Below are positions 1 to 10,574 of a stretch of DNA of 64,000 bases, in pieces. Position 1 is the first letter of the stretch. Each line of letters opens with the position of its first letter. This stretch comes from Lingula anatina (Eukaryota > Animalia > Brachiopoda), in NCBI GenBank assembly GCA_051362555.1, contig CM120641.1, positions 45,080,401-45,144,400 of the forward strand. The letters run 5' to 3'. The notes beneath the pieces are model-generated. The model made no database searches, was not told the origin of the DNA, and was given only the letters and a program-made list of their open reading frames with translations. The position numbers and the translations under genes were made by a program.

Positions 1-3000
1 TCATGATGAGAAAAAGAGGTGATATAAGTGCCAATATTTGACTTGTGTCTCAAATTGAGTCATTAAAAACATATAGAAGAATGGACTGTCAGTGTTTATA
101 TAGCAATATAAGTTTGATGGTTGAATTGAATGATATCAAATAACTTACAGAATCATCCTCTTAGTCGATTCACTCGTAGAATTCATACACAATAAAATTT
201 GGCCGTGTACTAAAGAAAAGACTGGACTTCAGTTTGACCACACTTGAGGTTTTCCTTAAGAACCACATCAAAAGATCAAAAAGATACGCAAAATCAACAA
301 ACCTCATCCTTCAGTTAACACATACTATACAATGGGTAAGATGATATATGTGGGCATGAGTAAACTTCATGTGTCATTTCATGTGTGTCTCCGAATATGC
401 TTTTCATTAGTTACAGCTTTATGTTTGCTGCAGCTTTTGTTGTGTGTATTCTGTTATTATAAGGGAGGAGTGGGAAGGACCAAATGACAAAGTATAATGA
501 TACAGTGCACTGGACACATATAATTCTGCCATATTATTAATATGAGATATCCGGCTGTGATACTGAGGTTACCAAGTACTAAATAGAATGCGGTTTTAGT
601 TTAAAAAGTTGTTATAGATAAATGTAGAACAGTTGGCAGATCTAGCTTTCTCTCTCCTCCTCCCAAAAAGTTTCAAAAGGTCATTCTGTGCTTACAGAAT
701 TGTTTCCTTGCTGAGACTCTATTTTTTATTGAATTTTACTGTTTCATTGATATACAACTTTATGATAATATACAAACTTGGGAATAGGAAAGAGGCAAGG
801 GGGAAAGAATATGTGTCCATCTTTATAATATATAAGTATTTCTAGTGAATACAGTTAACATGTGGCAATCATATTTTGTGATCTCTCTCAGACATGTCTG
901 ATTATAATTGTTCAGCATTTATTCTGACCACATTATACCAAGACAAGGTTTAGCATTCATATATTCATGCTACTGTGTAATTCAATGTGTTGGTACATTT
1001 TGATTACGTGTCATCTTCACCTTTTGCTCTTGTCAAGCCTAATGGATGTGCAGAGAATGAGAAACATCAATCAAAACTATAAGATGACGTTAATGACTTT
1101 CACATTGGACATAGCCCAAACAAGTGTCTCCCTGTATTACATGCGAGGACATTGCAATAAATTACTACCAGTCCCTTCAGATTATTGAGAGGAGAAATCC
1201 TACAGCTGTTTAGATTGCCAACTGTGATATATGAAGGGTTGGTTTGTCACTCGGATAGCCGCAGCAAAGGTTTTTGGTATAAATACCTCCTATGTATTAA
1301 TATAAGGCTATATCTCAAGGCTCAGACGGTCTTACATATAAAAGGCAGATGAAGAAATCCAAAGACTATATTTTACTGCTTGTGGCTTGATGTTGCTGAA
1401 CTATTTATCTACCATTGTTGATCTTTGCTGTGTTACTTGATTCCTTGAAAAATATTTATTATTTTAAGATAAAAATCTTATTCCCTCTCAATGTGAACTT
1501 AATGTATTTTGTTTTCTTCTTTAATTCTGCACGAACATAAACACAACAGTTGTCTTAATTGCCATTTGTATTTGTTGGTTGATGAGCTTTGAACAAGGGT
1601 ATCTTAAAATCAAATGTATCTGTGACTATTACTTAAGTCATAACCTAATGTAAGCAATTATAATTCCACCAAATAAACATGAACTTTAAAACTGGTTTCG
1701 TGCTACTTCTGTGGTGAACTTATATACCAAAAAAAAAAAAAAAAAAAAAACATGACCAGGCATGGAATATACGTACCTAGCATATTAATAGTCACCGTTA
1801 GTTACAGGCAGTTATTTTTGTTTCCCTGTTAGTACGTCCCTGTGTGTGTGTGTATGTGTGTATTTAGATCCAGGTGCTTTTCCAAGTGCACAAGTCCACC
1901 TGTATGATAATTTGAATATGCTAGTTAGGATACCTATCATAGACAGGTATTTTGTTTGCACAGTATATGATGCCATTCTGAAAATAAAACTTTGACATTT
2001 ATTATTTTTGTTAATATATACATTCCAAGAGCAAATTGCTTAATTGCTAAGTTGGTACAATTTTGCTGTTACCAAACTTTTATTATTTTCAAATGTTGAA
2101 ATCAGTACAAGACAGGAAATTAATCACAAGTGCATCAGACATGAAAGCCCATATTAGCACATTAGGTAGGAAGTTTTCCACCCAGATAAACATCCTTGCA
2201 GTAGATGTGTATTTTTAAGAGTAGAACTAATTGACTGGAATTTTAGTGGTTTACTGAAGCTTGCTTAAGGCAAATGTAAAACACATTGCAGACTTTTTTA
2301 ACATTCTCTCTGAAAGGCATGAAGTAAGTAGGTAGAGAGTGAATTTTTCAGCAAAATGTGTAATATCTGCAGACGTCTGACTCAGACATAATGTGATTTG
2401 TTTCCCAAGTGACTGGTTGTATTGATTTTCTGCTGTAAAATGGCATCATGAAGTGCTCAATGGCTGTGCTTTGTTCTCATTTTCGAAATAATGTGTGGAT
2501 TAGCATGTTTGTTTTATATACACACATAGTATTTTGACAGTGACAGGTAAGTAAGAGTTATTATCATTTTATATGTGTGATCCTATACTGGTTGGCATGC
2601 AGTAAACATATATTTCCCATGTCATTAATTTATGGATGTAGGGCAATTGTTATCAGGTTATCAGTTAAGACCCTGAGCTCTTCTATCATGGCTTCTTTTT
2701 GTTTTGTGTGGGACTTTTGTTAACTTTTTGATATAAATGGAAAATTGGGTCAGCAGTGAATGTGGCAAGGCTGAGTTTTCAGTGAATCTGAAACTTTTTT
2801 ATTTTGACCAGCAGTGTTTTGTATGGCATTTGGTATGCAGGATGAAATGGTATTCCAATTGTATTACAGTTAATTCCTTGGAACATATTTGAAAGAGTTT
2901 GGATGAAAGGGGAGGGGGAGCTAGATGCATCAAATGTTAGGGTCTAAAATTACGAAGTAAAGCTTAAGGTAATGTACCCCATATGGGGTCAATGTAAAGG

Positions 3001-4075
3001 CCAGAAGCCTTCCCTTGATGTGGCCACGTATACACTCTTAGGAGCAAGGTGGATGCAATATAGAAGAAATCCCATGAACAGCTGGTTATTAGGGCATTAA
3101 TTTTACTAATATTGAAATGTAGAAATCTCAAAGAGCACAGGTCTTAATATGCATTTATTCTAATATTATTAGTGTGAGTGAATGCCTGATCAATATTAGT
3201 GCTGTAACACTGAAAACTAGAGGGAAACCAGACTGCGGAACAGATCATTTATGTTGAAACTTGTATTCTGCCAATATTTACACCAGCTTTCTCTTTCTCT
3301 TATCGTTTTCTTCCTGCAATATTTTCTCATTTGGTTTTGTTATAAGCACCCTTTCTTTCACCTTTTTCTTTTATATGGTTTTGGTAAGTTTTCTTTTGCT
3401 GTGTTTTTGTGTTTTTATAAAACATTTAATATTCATAAAAGATACAAGTGGACATTTTTATTTACCCAGTCTTATATATTATGGTCTATTTGATATCAAG
3501 ATTGGAGTAATTGCATACAAAAAGTGATCTCACTCCTCAGAGAATCACATGATATTTACAACTTTCATATACCACTAATTTCCAACACTTAATTTTAAAT
3601 TACCACATTTTTCATTTTCATGTGAAAAGAAAACTTTGAATTGAACCCATCTTGCTTACCCATCTAGCTTCTGAACTTAACAGTTTATTATTATTAGTAG
3701 TAGTAGTAGTAGTAGTAGTATTTATTTATTTATTTTTTGTATTACTTATAAAAAAGTATAGAAGAATATAATAGATATATGTTGTTAACATTTAGCAGTT
3801 ACTATGTACAGAAAACAGCACCACCATCACATATAACACCTACTACACACAGTGAAATCGGGTTAGTTACAGTCATCTCATTAGAGAAAATTTTTAGAAA
3901 ATTAATTATCTTTGTTGTTGCTTTTCTAAACAAACTATTTTCAATATTTCCCCTGATTTTGTCATGTCTATTGACAAACAGACTCTCATTACTCCACAGA
4001 CAAAAATGCCCCCATTAAATAAAGAAAAATATTCTTTGGCTATTCTTACCCATATTTATATTTGCTGTCTTCCAG

Positions 4076-7000
4076 CCTTCATCTGATAAGAAAAGCAGCA
4101 CCCTTAGTGATCGCTGTGCTTTATGCGATGGGAAAGTTTACCTTCTGGAGAGGCAAATTGTAGACGGTCATTCTTACCACAGGACGTGCTGGAAGGATTC
4201 AAACCCATCTCCTGCAGCTCACGGAGGCTACCCACTGTCACCATCCCACCGACAGAAAAAAGAGACTCCTGCGTTTAGTTTTGATGTCCCTCATTCCAAG
4301 GAGCACGCCCGCAGCGAGCCTCCTAAACATACAAAGATAGAAAAGGAGAAGTCCACCGAGGACCACAAGCATAAATTCAGACTACATCTTGGGAACCATA
4401 AAAAATATGACTTAAGTAAAGATACTACTAAAACACCGGTTGGGAAAACAAAAGAAATTTCTTCCCACGAAGAAGGATTGCCATCTAAGTTTAGGAAAAA
4501 GGAAGATAAACTGGCAGATAAATCTGCCAAGAAAGGAGGCTTGAAAACTGGTGAATATGGTCGGAAACTTTTGTTCAAGAAAGATGCAACTCCAGATGTG
4601 AAGAGCGCAATATCTATGTTCCAAGATAAAGAGCAAGAAACACCTGGGAAAGCAGCAGCAACGGCATCACCAGTTTTAAGACGGACTGAAAACAAAGGAG
4701 ATAACAGAAAGATGGATCTTGGTAAAAGTGATAGTAATAAATCGGATGACTTTGATCTGGACAGTCTTGTGGAAGCCAACTCTGAAGCTCTTAGTGTCAG
4801 TAAAACCAGTGCAAATCACAAGCCAAGGCCAGTTTCACTAGGTGTGCAGAAAAGAACAGGACCACTGGGGAAGGCAGGCAATGACAAAAAAGATTTGACA
4901 TCTCCTGGAAAGACTATGGACCTTTTTATCAGTAATGTGTCAAGAACTAGCATACGCAAAGAAAAGGCACAGAGCGCTGATCTTGAACATCTGAAGCAAA
5001 CAGGAGTGAGACATTCTTTTCTTGATAAATTAGAAAGTACGCCAAGGAAAAATGAAAGTGACAGTCCACTGAAAAAGACTAATGTTACTCCAGGTTATGA
5101 TTCTAAGAGTGACTCGGGTGATAAGGGTGAGAAAAGTAAAGATATTCAGGAACGTGACATATTTAAGGCCTACAAAGAAAAATATGGAACACCAACTAAA
5201 GAGACCGATGTGTCAAAAAAGCAAATTCCAGAAGTTAGGAAAACTGACGTAGTTATTCCTTCTAAGTTACATGAAACACCTTGTAAAGAAACAAAAGAAG
5301 AAACCCCAGCTGACAAAGCTGTTAGTCAGAGCAAAGACTTGAACAGTGTGAAAAAGGGACTATATGGTGACCGATATTTTGAGGAAGACTGGCAGTTGAA
5401 GTTGAGTGCCAAAATAAGGGGTCTTTCCAAAGGAGTAAAAGAAGAAAGTGCCTCAGAGGAAAAGCAGGAAGAAAGTATGGACCAGACAGCAAGTCTACAT
5501 GTTGATGTAACCAAGGAAGAAGAAATATCAGAATCTCCTTCATCATCACCCACCAGCCAGTCTAGCAGTGAAGAGAAAATGGAAGAACAAGTTGAGACGA
5601 CAACTTTAAATGAATCCAGAGAAAATTTCAAGCCAGCTCCTCGCAGTGCAACCCATGACAATATTTCAGAAAAATCTGAAAAGACTGAACTACCTCCAAA
5701 AGCATCCTCTCTTGAGAATTTAGATAAAACACCCCAAAAAGAGAAAAAATACGGAGTTGATGACAAGCATGATCAGCCAAAGAGCTCATCTGTTGAAGAT
5801 TTGCTTGCAGCTCGTAGGCGGAGAAGAGAAAATTTAGCTGCGTCATCTGTAGAAAGTTTGGATTCACAGGGCACTCCTAGAGCTTCAAACATGTGCGCTG
5901 TCTGCAATGACAGAGTGTTTCGTTCTGAAAGAGTACAGATAAATGGCGCAGTCTTCCATAAGAAATGTCAGGATAAGCAACCAGAGGTCAAGAGTGTCCC
6001 TACAGAAGTAACCACAAAGAGAACAACTGACAGAACATCACGCTCCAGCAGTGAGTCTTTAAATGATATTAAAGAAGCAAGAAATACAGAACCAAATAGT
6101 GTACCAGGTAGGAAACATTCTGAGAAGTCACTTGGTTCAAGTGCAGAGTCATTAAACGATGCGAAATCTGTTGAAAAAGGTGCTGCCATTGACACTTCCT
6201 CAGTGATTCGTAGAAAGAAGGAATTAAACTGTGAGATTTCACAACCAGACTCTGAACAGACTCCAACAAGGGCTACAAAATCTGAAATTATTTTGACTGA
6301 TCAAAGTAATTTGAAAGTTAGTGGCGTTGAATTTGATGGTGAATTTAAAAAACCTTTTCCAAAACCAAGGATAAAGAGTACTGACAATGAGAAGGTTAAT
6401 GATACTTCAAATGACAAAAAGGTTCATGAAAAAACTGCTTACATTCCACTTAAAGAAAAAAATTCAAAAGATCTTGAAGTTAAGCAAGAAAGAAAGTATG
6501 GATGGAGAAATAGCAAAGAGAATACTGAATATAAAGTCCAGGATTCTCCAACTTTTGCTCTAAAAACTAATGAAAAGCAAAGTAGCTGGGATGAAAAAGA
6601 AAAGCAGCAAAAATCTAGGCTAGGTGCTAAAGAAGACAGCAATGTTCCTGAATGGCAGTTAGAAGCACAAAAACGCCAAGCCAGAAAATTTGTAGATCCA
6701 GAAAAATCTTGGCTGACTAAAACTCCAGAAAAGTTCAAGCAAGAAACAGTTAATTCTGTATCAAAGACTTCTAACAAAACTGATGTTGCTAAAAAATGGG
6801 AGAGAGATGAAAAAGTTGATAAAGGAAAACCAGAGCGTTCAACATTGAGACAAACCCAAGAAGAGTATCCAGATGAATTGAATCCATTTGGGACTACAGA
6901 TGATGAAAAGCAGTTGGCCAAGGAAATCCAAGCTAAGAATGATAATTCTTCTAATATTTATAATGAAAACAACAAGGCTGAGCTATCTAGGAGAACAAAG

Positions 7001-8704
7001 GTTAAAAGCTACAATCCATTTGAATCAGATGAAGACGATGTACCAGAATCACCACCGAAAAGTTCACCTGTGGAAACAAAAAAGAAGAAAGGAGAAAGTT
7101 TAAATCCTTTTGAAACCTCTGATGAGGATGAGGATGAGGATGCAGGAGAATTGTCAGGTTGGCAGAAGGAAGCAGAACGTAGGAGAATTGCCAGAGAAAG
7201 TCAGTCTGAGGAAGACTGGCTGAGAGGCAGATCAGTATCCAGTTCTGACTCTGAAACAAAAGGGAGAGGCACGAGGCCAGTTGGTAATGGCGTATCAGAG
7301 ACGCCCCCTCCCAAACCTCCACGTAGTAATGCAGGTACTTTAGAACCTGAAAGCAAGTTAGACTGGCAGAAGGAGGCAGAGAAACGCCAGGAAGCCAGGG
7401 GAGGGGTGTATGAATCTCCCAGTAGAAAAGTAATCCATCCTAAAACTGATGACAATGAGGACGAGGAAAAGCACATTGCCCCAACAAGCCATAGACTTAA
7501 GAAGGTTGTGCCAGACATGCCTTTTCACTTTGATAGCACCAGTACAGATCGAGGGCGATCTTCGTCCACTTTTAGCGAGAGTGAAGGAGTGGACTCTCCA
7601 CGCCAGCAGGGAGGGGCAAGAAAGAAACGCCTAGCACCTCAGCCACCAAAGGATACACCACCTCTTTCACCTTCCCCAGCTCCCTCTCCAACACCCTCAC
7701 CAGGCATTGTGAGCTCCCCAGAGATAGATCTGGATTTGTCCAACACTCATCCCAGATATAAGAAACGTAATGCACCTTCAAGACCCATAGCACCAAAGCG
7801 TAAGGTGAGTGCTCAGCAATACTGATTTAAGTGCTAGAATTGGAGAGGGTGCTTTGGTTCATTTATTTTTCTCAATTTTTGATCAATTATAAAACTTATC
7901 ATTGGTTGAAATTAAAAGGTCTACACTTTTTGTTACTTTGACCAGCTAGTTTTTCATTTGATCTTTATAGCATTCATTTTTACCTGTTCTATGCCATTTT
8001 GAGTAGGAAATTAGATAGTTGCAATAATTAATAATTAATCATAGTAATTCATGGTTTCATCCACCAAATATTTTTAATAAGCTTCCAATTTTGTTTTCTT
8101 CATCAGATCTGCTCTGGAGAGAGACGTCTGTCTACAACAGAAATCAAGCATGAGTTGGATGTCCTGGACAAAGAACAGACAGAACTAGAAGTGGAGGGAA
8201 GGGAGTTGGAAAATAAAATAAGAGGATGTAAGTTATTTTTTCAATCCTGTTTCATTTTGTGCAAGTTTTGAATAAATAACCTAGATAAGTGAAATTTGCA
8301 GTCATTAGATATATTAGTTATTGATAGAAAAAGGATGTATACTTGGAATGCTTTTTAGTTTGCTTTTAGGATAACATTTAGTTTTATTTTACAAGCTGTT
8401 GCAGCCCTCATCAAGAGGTAATTGTGTGGGAATGGTCTTGCATGGCATGCTTTAAAACAAGAATATTTGTCGTTTCAAATGAAGTGAATACCTCATAAAT
8501 GGGGCCTCTTTACAAACCAATTCATCCATGTCGATGATTTTTATTTCTTCCTCAGTTTTGAAATAATAAAACAGAAGTACATAATTTGGGTATTGTTTTG
8601 ATCTACCAAATTTTTCATTCAGTATAAAGATGTTTTCAGAAACTCATCACTTTTTGCAGATCAACTGGCACAGTATGTGTTACAATTTCATCTGTATCAA
8701 TCTG

Positions 8705-8796
<92 letters not shown>

Positions 8797-10520
8797 ATTA
8801 TTATTATTATTATTCAGCATGGTTTGCTTATTACTTCACTATTTTCATTTTCATACAAGTTTTTAACAATATATTATCCACTGATAAATAGATGAAGGCT
8901 GTGACTCTGATCAGGCCTGGTTTGTGATACTGTGTATCATGAGCCTTGTAGAATTATCAGGTGACAAAGATTCAGAAACATCATGCAAAATTTTTGCTCA
9001 AAACTTTGTATATCATAGTATCAGGTACAGACATTGTTTGCTCTTGAAGACATTGTTTCTTTTATGTATTGCCTTTTTTAAAAAAAATCCAGCATGACAT
9101 CCTTCATAACATTATATTGCCTTTCATTGTACTCACCAAGGCATGTAACTGTTTATTATTATTATGATCATTTTTTTTAATGATTTTGAAGTGTAAAGGA
9201 CATTTTTATTTGTATGTATGCACAAGTGTGGATCTTTTGATATTTGGATGTGTGGTTTGGAGGGGGGGGGGGGGGGGTTATATGATACCATTGTCTCAAG
9301 GCACAGATTCCATGTGTTCAAAGTTCAAATCCATTGGTGACTACTAGTGATCTTCCTGGTGTCTCAATACTATGACACTTTACACCCAACGCCTTTCTTC
9401 ATCCAGATGGAGAAATAAGTGACATCCAATTATGTTGAAAATAGTTCAGCAAAGTTTCCTGGTGAAGTGGGAAAAAACTTGTTAGTTGTTTTATGCTATA
9501 GGAAATGGGGACATATTCTTGATCTATACAATATGTTTGAGAGTTACCTCTGAGAAGACAACAGCCTTCTTTTTATATGTTGAGAAATGTTGCTGTCATT
9601 GTGTGTAACCTTCCATTTTCTTATTATTGTTGAAATATTTGACTACAACTAATAGTCAAAATTATCAGAAAAAAAGGAAAAAAGAATCATAAGTTAATTA
9701 ACTATATCTTTGTGAATTAATATGTGTAATCAGTTCCTATAAATCTTTGTATGCATGATCCATGGTACCTACTACAATAGTCCTCCCTACACCCTACTCC
9801 AATAAATAATGACTGTGAACATGATGCATGTCTTCTATCATTTCTATAGTAACTAGAACCATAGCCTATTGAAGGTTTAGAACTCCTTTGATCTTAAATA
9901 ATGATGATGAATATAACTAGATATTAGCACCTGTGGCTGCCTTTTTTGTTTAATATTTTATTTATATAATTTCAGCTGGGAGTCAGGGCGAAGATGACGA
10001 TGAGCTCCTTAGCCAGTGGTTTGAACTTGTAAACAAGAAAAACAGGATGGTGAGGAGGGAATCAGAGATCATTTACATGTAAGGGATTTCATGGTGAAAC
10101 AAGTCCAAAATTATTAACAACAGCCAAAAACTGATTGAAATTAATACAGAAAATATACAGTTTAGTAACTTTTTGAGCTTTTACAAAATTGCTTACAATT
10201 TTAAGAAGTGAAATAAGTCTGACATTACCAGAGCCAGTTACTCTTCAATTCAAAATTGAGATACTTTTCATAATTTATTTAAACCAACTACATATAAAGA
10301 TGATGGCAATGTATGTAATCAAAGACTAAAATGAACGTATTTTATTGATACTGTACATTGTGTTCAGTATTTGACTGCATGCTTAATTGCTGATGGAATC
10401 TGCCAGTCAAAGTGTCAGTCCAAGGGACTTGTCAACTTTACCCACACCCCCTTCACACACGCACACACACACATGCACATTCGTGTGCGCACACACACAC
10501 ACATGCACATTCGCGTGCGT

Positions 10521-10574
<54 letters not shown>

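Noticed and set aside
2541-2546. 6-nt microexon candidate (ttttgacag|TGACAG|gtaagt)
   Set aside because: To join the phase-0 exon at 4076 it would read TGA CAG, a stop; at most a non-coding exon end.
4291-7796. Many minus-strand ORFs of 66-162 aa
   Set aside because: Antisense shadows of the large MICAL-like exon; Ser/Phe/Leu-rich with no motifs.
4478-7825. 1115-aa ORF as a stand-alone intronless gene
   Set aside because: The start is TTG, the frame extends to an acceptor at 4076, and a perfect donor at 7804 links it to bMERB exons.
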